In this document: one piece after another, positions 38,362-56,510 of the stretch
Position numbering within the stretch: the first letter of the stretch is position 1
Layout of the letters: every line of letters begins with the position of its first letter
Assembly: GCA_964276515.1 (NCBI GenBank)
Contig: OZ193909.1
Coordinates: 13,888,001 to 13,952,000, forward strand
DNA: 64,000 nt
Direction: 5' to 3'
Source: Gordius albopunctatus
Lineage: Eukaryota
Made by a program: the position numbers and the translations under genes
The notes under the pieces: model-generated
Databases searched by the model: none
What the model saw: the letters and a program-made list of their open reading frames with translations, nothing else
Told to the model about the DNA's origin: nothing

Positions 38362-40183
38362 TACACAATTACAAAGATTTTAAAAATATTTCTCTCAAAA
38401 CTCAATAAAATAGGCCTTAAAGACATCTTTATCTTTGAAAGTCAAATTCAAGGTTGTCATATATCTGAGGTTTCTCCCTAAAAAGGACGAAACGATTAGA
38501 GGGTTAGTTTTTTTTAATGTCCCAAAATCCCCACCCCCCACATGTCAAATAGGAACAGCAGAATGTGTAGAGGCTGAGGTGAACCACTAATACTCGTAGT
38601 GACTTATACATTTGTATCTTAAAATAAGCATTTTTGCACCTTCAACCTCGTACTGGAGGATTTGGAAAATTAATAAAAACAGATTATTTTTCATCGCAAA
38701 ATTTTCTATCAGAATCGTTGATCTGATTGTGGGATGGAATCACAAAGTCAATATTTGTATACCTGTGAATCATATTTATTATCGATTACTACAATAAATT
38801 GAAAAGCTAATTCGATTTTCCTTTTATTAGTCAAATATAAAAATTAGAAATGGTTTTATATTATATCCAACCATTCTTACTTAAAAAAGTGCTAAGCATT
38901 ATGCAGTGTCTTTTTTGACCAGCAGGTGCCCTTTAAATTAGGAAAACGGACATTTTTTGGCATATATTTGAAAATTTAAATCTTTTTTTAGAAAACAGAG
39001 TTTTATTAGCATCCTAAACTCGACGCTATATTTATTTGTTAACCGCTTTCACAGTAAAAAATATAAAATATACCTATACATCAACTATGTTTAAATGAAA
39101 GGATATGAATTTTTTTTGATTTTATAAACCGTAAAAATTTTTTAAATGCTTTTGGTTTTAATGATCAATTGCGTTATTTAATCCCACTCTATTTTTTATA
39201 CTTTTTGCGAAGTTATAGCTAAAAACAGAACATTTTGGGTCGGTATGAATGAAGACGCTCCTGTATCATTCATAAAACCAAAATGTAAGGTTAACATAAC
39301 AAGTTAATACGATGTTAAAAACGGATGCGTGGCACAATCATAGACTGGTATAATAACTTTCAACTATGGTCTAAAGAGAATTGACGCCACTTTTTTCATG
39401 TCAATCATTTCCCCTTGATTTCAACGCTAATTGCATTGACATGCTTTGATATAAATGTTGTTAATTTTTTACATTTATTTATATTACTAATTGATAGTCG
39501 ATGACGGCACATTGTATCCCTGGCAAAAACGGAAGTTACAACATTAGTCTATAAGTTATGTAATAACTGTTGACCTAAATTTTACACCATTATCACATTA
39601 AATATATAAAATACACATTTTAAATATATATTCTCGATGAGTGTTTTTCGATTGAGGGGGAGGTATGATATTTTCTACCCCTTCCAATCCTTTAATAAGA
39701 CTTTCTCGCTCTGGAACTTTAGAATTGATCATTTTAAACTAGGGGCTAATTAATATCAAATTACCTTTTTTATTTTCCGATTTTTAATGATAAAATTCGC
39801 CCTTTTCTAATACATTCTTTATGAAATTAACTACTGACCCCCGCTCCAAAGAAAATCATTACATGAAATCTTAAAAGTGATTATTATCACGATTAATATA
39901 TAATTTACTAAATTTGTCTTGCTACTTATTTTGTTTCAACACTATATCCATAGGCGTAGCCGGGGGATGGCAGTGAGAGACGACTATCCCCTCTAAATCC
40001 GAAATTCCCAAAAATCTAATACGATTATGGCTTAAATTTTGAAAAAAAATAGCAGTCTTCTCCTCAGCATTCTTGCCCCTATCTAGTTCCATCCTTGCAA
40101 CTCCCATGACTATATTTATAAAAATTAGTGATAAAACATTTGTTTACTAATTTATAATTTAGTCAAATATGAGACATTCGTAC

Positions 40184-40958
40184 CAGAGACCAGATTTATT
40201 TTCGGGCGGGCCCGGGCGGGCGGGACGAAGATAGGATTCGGGCAATTCGTGCTTAATAAGATTTTTTAAATAGTGTATTATTTTGTTACTTTTTATTTTA
40301 TTGCATATTAAAATGCTAAAAAAGTTAAGAAACTTGATTTCGCCATCACAAATTTTCTCCAATTAACCTTTATTATTCCCTTATCATTCGTCGCTTTCGC
40401 TAAGTTACTACTTATTTTCATGATAAAAAATTTCTATACCTTTCTTTTTTGCTTTAAGTTAAAAGAATTATCCATAAATTGCATTTAAATTCTATTGATA
40501 AATTATTGTCTTTTTATCAAAAAAGTAAGTTTTAACAGAGCACAGATTGACTAATTGAACTAATTTTATTCATTAAGAAGTTTATTTATGGGTAGGGCAA
40601 AGGGGTTAACTCAAAAGGGGAGTATAATTTTGTTTATTGTAATATTATTTATTAAATATGTAAACTTTAAACTTAATTAAAAATTGCTACATAAATATTT
40701 TCATGGACTTGTTTTATTAAATATGCCATTAATTTAATGCTTATTTTTTAATTGTGGTTGAAAGAATTTGAGATCGCAAAATTTCGGGCCTAACAGGCAA
40801 ATTTAATATTTCGGGCCAAGCAGTTTGGGCAGCTTTAATGTTTCGGGCGGGCCCAGGCGGGCACATAGAAGGTTCGGGCGGGCTCGGGCGGGCAATGAAG
40901 TTAAAAAATTGAACCGGGCCGGGTTCGGGCATAAAATTCCTAACAAATCTGACCTCTG
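40184..40958. mobile_element. hAT MITE with 8-bp TSD
   Basis: CAGAGACCAGATTT...AAATCTGACCTCTG; TSD attcgtac/attcctac (7/8); CGGGC subterminal repeats. Confidence 0.8.
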
Positions 40959-42036
40959 ATTCCTACCGCCTAAATTCAATAATAGGGGAATGCTTAGTTT
41001 TGTTGTTGATACAGTAACTTAAGTAGGCTACATTTTAAATATAGACTAAACTTTTAAAGTAACTTGTGAGAGTAGGATATTAGAGGAGACAAAATAAATA
41101 ATAGTATCAAATAACTCTGGGTGAATGCAGTGTTTTACAGGAATAAGCCTGACATTTTAAGAAATGTTCTTCGTTGCGGTTATTTTATTTAGCAAATATA
41201 ATTTAAATCTTTTTTAATGAATATAATAGAGCATGTCCGTTAGATTAATCCTTATTTCTCCATAATCTCCTGCGCTGATAGTGATAAAATCTGCATATAA
41301 ATGTGTCATTTGGTTTGTGTGTTCTTAAATTTTTTTATTTCATTTAACTTTATTTATAAGTCATGTAATTAAAATATTTCAACATCAAGGAGCTTTATCA
41401 CGTGTACATTGCTGTTAAAGCCATTTATTTTAAAATTTTATAATCTACAACTGCGGGCATCAACAATGATAATTAACTCGTAATTTTTTCTAAATTGAAT
41501 ATAAGTATTTTTATAACATTCTCATTGTTTTCACCGATAGCATTTGGTAGTACAGAAGGCTTAAATAGATTTTAGTCGCTAAAATCATTATAGATTCTTA
41601 AAATCGTCAAATGATTCGTATAAATTAATTAAAATTTTTAGTTAATGATTGTATCTTCCATTTTGAATCAAAATAAAATCATAACAAATCATAACGCACA
41701 ACATTTTTAAAAGACATGTTGTATAATATTCGAGACATCAATTAATGTAAATATTAATAATTATATTCCATATTAGGCACAACTATTATTAAGAGCAAGA
41801 TGTTTAAGTGATACCTTTACCATGTCCTCCCCATTAATTTACTCATTGAAATATAAAAGGTGTCAGTAGCAAAGGAAGTAAGTGTGTCTCGTACAATTAC
41901 GCATACATTGATTGCCATGAAACTTATCCTTTATTCATATAATAGCAATAGTTCACGAATTGACTTATTTGATCCAAGAAATTAACACATTTTACGAGAA
42001 ATTTTACCATAATTTAGGGAGGAAAATTTCTTAAAA

Positions 42037-42831
42037 ATGAATAAATCACATAAAATTTCAAACATATCATCTATCAATATCCAATCATCTCTTTCAAATA
42101 TTGGCGTCAAACAAGTGAAAACTTCAAATTATTTGCAAATATCAGGTAAAAATGACAATCCGAAATTAGATGTAGCATATTCATCCTCTAAGACATGTTC
42201 TAAAGAAGAGTACTCATCCGATGATGAAATTTGCCAAGAAAACTGTTGTGTTCCAGATGAGAAATTGAAGTATTTTCCATACAATTTCAATAATTATCCA
42301 CCAACTTTGAAAGAATCCCTAGAATTTCGTAAAAATACGAAAAATAGATTTTCAAATTGTTTTTCAGCCCCACGTCAAATTTATTCGTCAGAAAATCATT
42401 TCATGCCATCACCTTTATTAATGTCCAGCTCTATGCACGAACAATACGCCTTCTTGCAAACTTATTTTAAAGCCCAACATGCTTTAGCCGATTCCTATCG
42501 TAGCTATAACCAATCAAACACAACCAATCATAATAGTAATACATTGTTGAGAGAACATACTAAATCACAGTCTAAGCTTCACTGCGAGACGATAAAATCT
42601 CCAGAATCGAGTTCCCAAAGAAATACCAGGTTTTTCAGAGCCCCTAAATGTGCCCGTTGCAGGAATCATGGTTTAATTTCGGCCTTGAAGGGTCATAAAC
42701 GGTTTTGTGGTTGGAAGGATTGCGAATGTGCTAAATGTTGTTTAATTACTGAAAGGCAAAGAGTTATGGCAGCCCAGGTTGCTTTAAGACGTCAACAAGC
42801 TCAAGAAGATTTAGTCGCTGCAGATGTTTAA
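42037..42831 (+). CDS. DM-domain (doublesex/mab-3 related) transcription factor, closest to the DMRT4/5 (Dmrt99B) type; DM domain at the C-terminus
   Basis: [65 protein letters not shown] at 41852; AATAAA at ~42947. Confidence 0.93.
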   Translation: MNKSHKISNISSINIQSSLSNIGVKQVKTSNYLQISGKNDNPKLDVAYSSSKTCSKEEYSSDDEICQENCCVPDEKLKYFPYNFNNYPPTLKESLEFRKNTKNRFSNCFSAPRQIYSSENHFMPSPLLMSSSMHEQYAFLQTYFKAQHALADSYRSYNQSNTTNHNSNTLLREHTKSQSKLHCETIKSPESSSQRNTRFFRAPKCARCRNHGLISALKGHKRFCGWKDCECAKCCLITERQRVMAAQVALRRQQAQEDLVAADV

Positions 42832-43731
42832 AAAATATAAAATACACAAGATTTGATTTTTTGTAAAACTTTTCTCAGCTAAATTTGTAAATTCCTATCA
42901 TTTTAACATATTTTACCCTGACAATCGGTGCATTTGTTTTATTTGCAATAAAATTTGAAATTCCACCATTTATGGATAAAGAATAAGCTTTCTTATCTTC
43001 GATACATTTTATTACCGTTTTCAAGTTGTTTTGGCAATTTTGTTAGTAAATGCGCTTTGAACAAAGTATTCAAAGCTGGAAAATGAAATATTGATTCATT
43101 TCTAAAAAATATATTTGCCAAAAATAAGGTGTGCCATCCCATTTTTAGGGTTAAGCATAGAATTCTACCTAAACTGAATTTAAATTATCTATATATCCTC
43201 CGATAAATTAAAACTAAGTAACCAATTAAAACTAATCGTGAAAAATAAATAGAGAAATTAAATAATTTTTGAAGAGGTAAGACTTTATCATATAAATGTT
43301 TTAACAAGTAAAAATTTAAGGTTTAATGGCTAATCTATGGTAATTTATTAGTGTGCTGCCTAAAAAAGTGATTTTAGGCAAATCTTTAGGTAATAATCAG
43401 CAAATAAATTAATTCCAATCTCTAAGGGATATTTGGCTAAATAATAGTCATGATGAGAGTAACAATTAAATTATTAAATTGATAGGTTACAATGAATGAT
43501 TTTTTTTATATAATTGGGTTTTAAAACCTCAAACAAAATTAGCCCAAATTAACTAATATGCTCAAAATATCTCTTTAAACAATTAAAACAAAATTATTTT
43601 TTTTAACAAATACTATTTTGTCTCATCTTAAATCAAATGTTACTTAATTAATCAGGAATGTATAAACATTCCGTTTGTTATAGGTGACCAGGTGGTTATT
43701 GAGACAAAATTAATATTAATAATTTTAATTA

Positions 43732-44585
43732 GGGGAGGCCGGGGCTAGTCGTAGCCCGGGGTTACTATTATCTTTGTAATTATTTTTTAAAATAATAATG
43801 ATATATAATTAAAATTTAAACCATATGCGTATTTTTTCATAAGGTATAAGTAAAAAAATTTTTGTTTAGAAAAAATAAAATTTAAAATTTTTATAGAAGA
43901 AAAACAATTTTCGGGCTATTTTTGCATATATAATTTATTTGGATTTATATTTTGGACTAATTTATCTTTTATGTTATAAAGGGATATTTTTTATATAAAA
44001 ACCGTCTAATGATTAAATTTTTATTCTCAATATAACATGTTATATAATTAATTATTCATATAAATAGAAGTCGGGGCTAGTCGGAGAGGGGCTAGTTCTA
44101 GCCATTTTTCATTGTGTCTTACAAATGACAAGAATTAAAAAACAAAAATGTTGTTTATAATCCAACTTAGTGTAATTTAGAATAGAAATAGACTATGATT
44201 ATACTTAAAATACAACTAAAAGTTTTTTCCATTGCAGAATCTGTCTTTTAAGTGTACTTAAGTAAAATTGTCATCTTGACCCTTTTTTAATTTGTATTAT
44301 ATAAAATATAATCATAATAAATTTGCTTTTTCTATGTTTTTTATAATGTAACAATATTTTTATTGATTTGAGTTAGCATGCTCTATTAAGAAGTGAAAAC
44401 GTCAAGGTTAATCTATCCCCTGAACAGAGCTACAACTAGCCCCGGGCACTTTTTATAAACTCAATTTATAAAAAAAAACTATAAGCCCCTTTTTCTCATT
44501 TTTTTTTCTTATAGTAGAAATAGACAATTAAGTTCTTTTAAAAGGTGATTTAATTTTTTATGGCAGTTTAGTCCCCGGTCTCCCG
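43732..44585. mobile_element. Tc1/mariner-pogo-like MITE with TA flanks
   Basis: TA|GGGGAGGCCGGGG ... CCCCGGTCTCCCG|TA; internal GGGGCTAGT repeats; partial copy at ~51916. Confidence 0.7.
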
Positions 44586-45834
44586 TACTTATAATTTATA
44601 TCATACCTTTATGTTGTTAACAAGACAGTTATCTTTATTATAAATTAATACCTAATTCAAATTAACATTTAAAAGGCACGGTAACATAGGACATGGGCGT
44701 AGCCACGATTTGGATGAGGGGGGAGGGAATATTATCGAATATTTTTTGATATCCGATCAAAGGTCTGCATGAGCCGGGCCAAATGTAGCCAATTAAAATT
44801 TGTGGGCCGGGCTTGGGCCTAGATGAGTAAAGCTGTTCGGATTTTGTTTTGCTGCTTCAAAATTATGAATATAAGAAGGAAGGAATGCACATAGTATTTT
44901 TAGGGAAATAAAATTTAATTTATAATTATATAGGCTTGCAACGCCCATGACATATGAATAAGACAATAATAACATAAAATCACCAATTCAAAAAAGGTGT
45001 TTCTCGGACTATGAGAAAGCAAACTTCTGTATTGGTATTAATTAGTTAATTATTCTTTTCGATATTTATACTATTCATTTATGCCTTATAATTTTAATGT
45101 GAGTCTGTAAGTTAAAGTTTAGCATATTAATTTTAAAATATGATAGAACAAAAATCGTTAAAATTTGCGATTTTCTTCTACAAAAGTTTTTCCCATTGAT
45201 GGTTACTAAAGATAAATCAAACTACCTTCATTGACAATTACATATAATCAGTAACACCATGTAAACAAATTTGTTTAGGCAAATCGTCCCTTATAAATTG
45301 GCGTTTTGATTCTCATCACCTTTTCATTATTTTAAGTTTGCATGTTTAAGATTAAGACCTGTCTTTTCAATAATATTTCTAAATTGTTAAATTAAGAATT
45401 AATTTAAATCCAATAATTATTTCAAGTGCTCTAAGAAAATCCTATCTCATGTTAAACATATACCAATTCCAAAAATTAAATTAACTCCCTCAAAAAATTA
45501 AAACCTATATATTATTTTTCAGAGAAACACTCTTCAGATTTCGACTACGACCATAATTCAAATTAAAAATAAATAAAAATCAACATTCATTTCAGCAACT
45601 TATTAAAATCAATAATAAAGTCATTTTTAATAATAACTTCTGCATTTAAACTATGTTAAAAGTCGATATTTAGATTAATAATTTTAAAAAAATCAAACCC
45701 ATATTATGGGTTTGCAAAAAATAGAACATTATGTTAAAACCTCTATAAACCCCTTCAATAGAAAATAATTTTTTATACATTAAAAAATATGCATTTCACA
45801 TATAGCGTTTTTACATATGTAGTTACAAATGAAT

Positions 45835-50466
<4,632 letters not shown>

Positions 50467-50550
50467 AGTAATAAAAAGCCAGCATGGTAGTGTGAGGGTA
50501 CAAATCGATATGAAAGATAAGATGCGAGATTTATCCATAGATAATAAAAG

Positions 50551-52849
50551 TAGTGATGGGAAAACGCTTAGCAGTAGCGCGCTTAGCACCTCCCCGCTGA
50601 TGGGAATAGCCTATTAAATACGCTATGTCTACTAGCACATAGTCACTTTAAGTGCTATAAGCTATAGGAGATGGGAGGTTTGAGGTGCTAGAGCTATAGG
50701 AGATGGGAGGTTTGAGGTGCTATGAGCTATAGGAGATGGGAGGTATGAGGTGCTATGTGCTATAGGAGATGGGAGTTTGAGGTGCTATGTGCTATAGGAG
50801 ATGGGAGGTTTGAGGTGCTATGTGCTATAGGAGATGGGAGTTTGAGGTGCTATGTGCTATAGGAGATGGAAGTTTGAGGGGCTATGTGCTATAGGAGATG
50901 GAAGTTTGAGGTGCTATGTGCTATAGGAGATGGGAGTTTGAGGTGCTATGTGCTATAGGAGATGGGAGTTTGAGGTGCTATGTGCTATAGCCGATTGCAC
51001 TTAAATGCGCTACTCCTATAGCACCGGCGCTAACACTGGGAATAATTTTTTTAATTGTTTATTTTGTTTTTATTAAATATTAAAATACATCTGAATATAA
51101 TTTTTTTGCCCTATCTTACCATCTAACTACGACTTATTTTAATATAAATATTTAATTAAATGTATGACTTTAATTTTATTTTGCATTGCTTCTACATTTA
51201 TTTTATCAATAAGTCGCCCCGCCCCCCTCTGAATGACGGAAAAAAATTTTTTCCAATGTACCTTACATATTAATAATTTTTTTTTATTTAGCCCCTCCCT
51301 AATTCAACTTTTATTTTAACCGTTTGGCCCCCCCCCCTTAATTCAAAACCTAGTTATGCCCTACGCCCATGTTTTTGAGAATAAAAAAATTAAACTCCCC
51401 CTTTCCTTAAGTTAATATGTTTCAATTAAAAGGAAAACAATACTATTGAGTGAACTTTTATGCGTTTGCGTACTCAGACTCAGACAGTCTTAGTCTGAGC
51501 TGAGTCATAATTACCAAGAAAAGGTTACGGTTATCTCCAACTTCCTTAAACCAAATGCTATGCATGAATAGCTGGAAAGTCAATAATTAACAAAATATTT
51601 GCCTGTTTTATTATATTTATCAATATAACTAATATATATATAATGCGAAATGGTCGAAAATAAAGTTATCGTAGTTTGTGATTTTTAACGAGTGTGTTTT
51701 CATATAGACGTTGATAAAGATATCTCACTTGGGAAATCTTTTATTATATTTCCCAAATGTAACATAAAATAAGTACTTTAACCGGCTGATATAAAACACA
51801 TTGGAAATATTACACTTAAAGATTAAATTTGTTATTTAAGTCGGATTTATATTGGTTATTAATTAGTGACCAACCATTACCTTTTTTAAATATTCTTAAC
51901 ATAAGTTTTATGTTGAGGTGACCGGGGCTAGTCGTAGCCAGGTAAATAATTATTTTTCATAAAATTAATATTTTTATGTTGAGTTGAAGAAAAGGATAAA
52001 GATATTAAAGATGAGAGCGAAAAATTAATTTTCTTTTTATCACTGACTGAATAAAAATAACATGGCATGAGTGAGTATGCGTACTCAGACTCTGAGATCT
52101 GAGTACGCATTAAAGTTCACTCTTCTTACTCTTAGGTTTTCCTTTTGATTGAAACATAATCGCCCTGATGGGATATGGATTAACTTAAGGGAAGGGGGAG
52201 TTTAATTTTTTTATTCTCAAAAACATGGGGTAGGGTAGGGCATAACTAGGTTTTGAATTAACCCCCCCCCCTCCCCGATTGAAAAAAAGTATTTTTTTAA
52301 ATATTAAACATTTTGTTTAAAATTTATAATTTAAAATACTTAGCATAAATTACTTAGCAATTTGTAATTATTTACTTAGCAGTTAAATAACACCCTTTTT
52401 TAATTTTGTTTTTTCGAACAATATATTTTTAATGGAAAATTGTTTATTAGATTACACACAAGTTCATATTAACTCTATTGTTTTCATTGAAATTATTCCC
52501 AGTGTTAGCGCCGGTGCTATAGGAGTAACGCATTTAAGTGCAATCGGCTATAGCACATAGCACCTCAAACTCCCATCTCCTATAGCACATAGCACCTCAA
52601 ACTCCCATCTCCTATAGCACATAGCACCTCAAACCTCCCATCTCCTATAGCACATAGCACCTCATACCTCCCATCTCCTATAGCACATAGCACCTCAAAC
52701 TCCCATCTCCTATAGCTTATAGCACCTCAAACCTCCCATCTCCTATAGCTTATAGCACCTCAAACCTCCCATCTCCTATAGCTTATAGCACTTAAAGTGA
52801 CTATGTGCTATAGCTTTAGCTCCTTAAAAACGCTATTTCCCCATCACTA
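50551..52849. mobile_element. Foldback composite hAT insertion: two inverted MITE copies (50551-51038, 52500-52849) plus a captured, partly palindromic middle; 8-bp TSD
   Basis: Both outer ends are TAGTGATGGG in inverted orientation; aataaaag at 50543-50550 and 52850-52857; inner inverted repeat ~51338-51480 / 52098-52261. Confidence 0.85.
50655..50990 (+). repeat. 32-33 bp minisatellite, ~10 units (mirror array of ~7 units at ~52548-52790)
   Basis: Unit gctataggagatgggag(g)tttgaggtgctatgt, no spacers. Confidence 0.95.
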
Positions 52850-53112
52850 AATAAAAGGCTCCCCCCCCCCCCAAAAATCCCAAAACGCCAGAATCCTCAA
52901 AATATTACCACTCGCCAAATTTAACATATGTTAAATTGTGCTTAATATTATGGAAAACGTGGGAATCTCTTTGACGCAAAATCTTCAAAACAAAGAAAAT
53001 ATATGTGAGCATTAGTATTCAAGTGTAAATATATTGTTGTAGGGTTTAAAAAACCAAAGAGAAAACATAAAATTTTAACCCTCTTTATATATCAAAGTTA
53101 AAGAGGGAAAAT

Positions 53113-54030
53113 ATGAACAAATGTATTATAAGTGCAGCAAGTACAGTAAATATCAATGCCCAGGAAGGGTTGTGCTTAAATCTAATATGTCAAATAACAT
53201 CAGAACATTCCCTTAATTGTATACAAAAGCATAGTCAGCAAAGTAAGAAATTTATAATTTAAATTAAGTATTTAGTTGTAGAAAATATCTCCATACCCAT
53301 AGAGGATCAAGAAAGTAAGAGATTTTAGTATTTTTTTTTATTTTTTTTTAGATTTACGTCAAGAAGCAATTTTATTGAACTCATTAGATAATATTGAACA
53401 AGCCCTTACATCAGATGTTAATGGAAGTAAGAGATTTGAGTATATTTTTTAAAATCTTTATTTATTTTAGATTCAAGTCAAGATGCCATATTAAACTCAC
53501 TAGATGATATTGTAGCAAGCAATTTGACATAATTCAATGTCACATAGTTAATGTTTAACTATCTTATTTATAAATAGATTCCAACAATGATGCTTTACGT
53601 GTTAATACCCAAAGTAAATTCATTTTATATTTCGTTTATGTAACCACACTATAATTTAGATATAACATTCTTGCCATCCCAAAAAGGGAAAAACATTTTA
53701 GTCCTTAATAACTATCTTTATGTAGTTGACAAATCTACAAAAACTTGCACTTATTATCGATGCAGGCATTCAAAATGTCCTTGTAGACTAATATTTTCTG
53801 AGAATGTAGCAAAAATAAAAAAAATCATAACCATGAACCTGAAACTGATGAGTATCATTGCCTTCTGACAAAAAGTAATTTAAAAAGGATTTACAAAATA
53901 TATCCATGGAATCAATTAGAAAGGTAAATATATAATAATTGATCTATTTAGGTATACAATGATGTATTTACCAAAAAAGGGAAGAAGTTGAGGATATTTG
54001 GCAATACCCACATGCTCTGCCGTCTTTAAA
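53113..54030 (+). pseudogene. Intron-containing FLYWCH zinc-finger (MULE-transposase-like) gene relic
   Basis: Short phase-1 exons with GTAAGA donors lead to SQKGKNILVLNNYLY...YYRCRHSKCPCRL; the HNH is out of frame in an A-run at ~53820; in-frame stop at ~53530. Confidence 0.65.
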
Positions 54031-54045
54031 ATCCGTGAACGGAAC

Positions 54046-54539
54046 TAGAGGTCTGCAGGGGCCGGGCCAGCCCGCAGGCCCAAGCCCGGCCCGCGGGCTG
54101 GGCCGGACCTGAAAATGAGCACTAAAAAAAGTGCGGGCCGGGCTTGGGCTTTGATAAGTGAAAAAATTTAAATATATTGAACTCTATACTATCATTATAG
54201 TATTGACACAAAAAAATGCATTTATTATCTTGATGATAAAAAATTTATTTTTTCTAACAAAAATTTGCTATTTAAACAGTATTATTTTGAGGAAAAATTT
54301 AATCTTATATTTTTCGCTAATTAAGTAACGTTTTTATAAGCTATAACAATTTTTTTCACACATGCAAAATTGTTCCTATACAAATAAATTTTTTTGAAAA
54401 CACTGAAGCTTTTATCTCCTGCGGGCCTGATGCGGCGCATTTTTTGTTGTTTTTTTGCGGGGCGGGTATGGGTAAAAAATATATTTGTGCAGTTATGGGC
54501 CGGGCCTGACCCTGAAATTTCGGCCCATGCAGGCCTCTA
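54046..54539. mobile_element. hAT MITE with perfect 8-bp TSD
   Basis: TAGAGGTCTGCA...TGCAGGCCTCTA; TSD aacggaac at 54038-54045 and 54540-54547. Confidence 0.9.
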
Positions 54540-54574
54540 AACGGAACACTGAATAGAATCGTTCATGAAAACAG

Positions 54575-56214
54575 GCCTATTTTCCCGGGAAACTTCCCTG
54601 GGGAAAAATGATTTTTCCCCAGGGAAAATTCCCCTAAAAAATATATTTTTTAAATCAAATATGTATGATCTAATTTAAGTTATATATTATTTTAATTTAC
54701 TTTAATTTCATATTTACCTCGTGGTAACCAATATTTTAAATATTTCCTAATTTATAATTTGTGAAAATTTGCTTAAATACTATTAACATCTAGTTGTTAA
54801 CTTAAAAGATTTTGCAATCTACACTAAAGTTAATTATCTCAATAATCAGTTAAGACAATATACCCTAATAGTTACATTAACAATTAGTTCTCTAGTATAA
54901 AATTTTTTCCATATAAGGTAAATTTACCATGCTTGTAAATTTAATTCAATGTTTAGCAAAATCATTTAAATTTTATATTGCCATTTTACTCTAAATCTGA
55001 AAATATTATATACCAACTTAATAGTAAGTATAAGTAATATTTAAAAAATATATCAACTTGTTATTTAACATTAGAGAATTTGCAATCTACACTGAAATAA
55101 TTATTACAATAATCCTAGATAAGCTTTTAAGTTATATTAACAGATAAATTTACATATGCTTGTAAATTTAAAATATTTAGTAAAATCATTTAAATTTTAT
55201 ATTGCCATTTTACTCTAAATCTGAAAATATTATATACCAACTTAATAGTAAGTATAAGTAATATTTAAAAAATATATCAACTTGTTATTTAACATTAGAG
55301 AATTTGCAATCTACACTGAAATAATTATTACAATAATCCTAGATAAGCTTTTAAGTTATATTAACAGGTAAATTTACATATGCTTGAATATTTAAAATAT
55401 TTAGCGAAATCTATTATATTTTTATTGCCATTAACTGTGAATAAATTAAGTAATCTTAAATAGATATTTATTTTATGCTAGTATTTAGTTTTTTTATATA
55501 GAAGTATTTTTTATATCTAACTAAATTAAAATTTCTACATTTTATTCTGGTAAAAATAATCTGTAATCCTTTGAAAACAATAAATGTAAAAATTTAATAT
55601 TATTAAACTTATTTTTTTGACTAATAGATGCCACGAAAAACATCTGACATTTGGAAACATTTTTCTAAACATTTATCTTCAAATAAGAAAGGTTGTATTG
55701 CTGTTTGCAATTATTGCAATTTAAAATATACATTTCCAAACTCAACCAAAATGATAAATCATATAGCTAAGTGACCAGATTTTATAAAGGAAAAGAATTG
55801 TCAAGAAGTTTTTTTAATGCCTCCCTCTCCACAATCATCAATTTGTGAGGTAATGCTTGAAAAATGCCCTATACAACAAACATCTGCTTCATGTGACCCA
55901 GAACCATCAACATCCAATATTATTAGTTACTTTTATAGCATGACCCAAACTCAGCAAGAGAAATTAGATGAAAAATTAGCATTGGCTATTTAATGATTTT
56001 CTTGTATTTGCTTCTTTATATTGTTTAACTAATAAATTTTATTAATCTTAATCATACTCATGGACATTTTTTTATACTAATTTACCTGTCTTGCTCGTTA
56101 TTTCCCCTTAATTTCTTGTTTTCTCCCGTTAATTCCCGTTTTTTCCCCATTATTTCCCGTATTTTCCCGTGAATTTTCCCTTAAGCAAATTTCCCGGGAA
56201 AATATCCATCCCTA
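54575..56214 (+). mobile_element. Deleted hAT element with BED-finger remnant and ~224-bp internal tandem duplication
   Basis: TTTCCC-rich subterminal repeats, right end CATCCCTA; MPRKTSDIWKHF...CNYC...MINHI at ~55628-55770; duplicated block starting at ~54964 and ~55188. Confidence 0.65.
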
Positions 56215-56229
56215 ATTGGAATCATATAA

Positions 56230-56510
56230 AGTTCTATATATTAACATTTATCATGAAGTTTCTTTACTTATTGGATTGAGTCCAATATACCAAGCATAAA
56301 CTTGATGTTGAACCATCTTATAATTTACTATAAACGTTAAAAGTTTAATATTGAATAAAAAACAGAAACAGTTCTATATATTAACATTTATCATGAAGTT
56401 TCTTTACTTTTTGGATTGAGTCCAATACACCAAGCATAAACTTCATGTTGAACCATCTTATAATTTATTATAAACCTTAAAAGTTTAATATTTAATAAAA
56501 AACAGAAACA
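56230..56510. repeat. 140-bp tandem duplication
   Basis: agttctatatattaacatttatcatgaag starts at 56230 and 56370. Confidence 0.85.

Noticed and set aside
50655..50990. 32-33 bp repeat array as a CRISPR array
   Set aside because: Units are contiguous with no unique spacers, there are no cas genes, the context is eukaryotic, and the array is internal to a hAT MITE.
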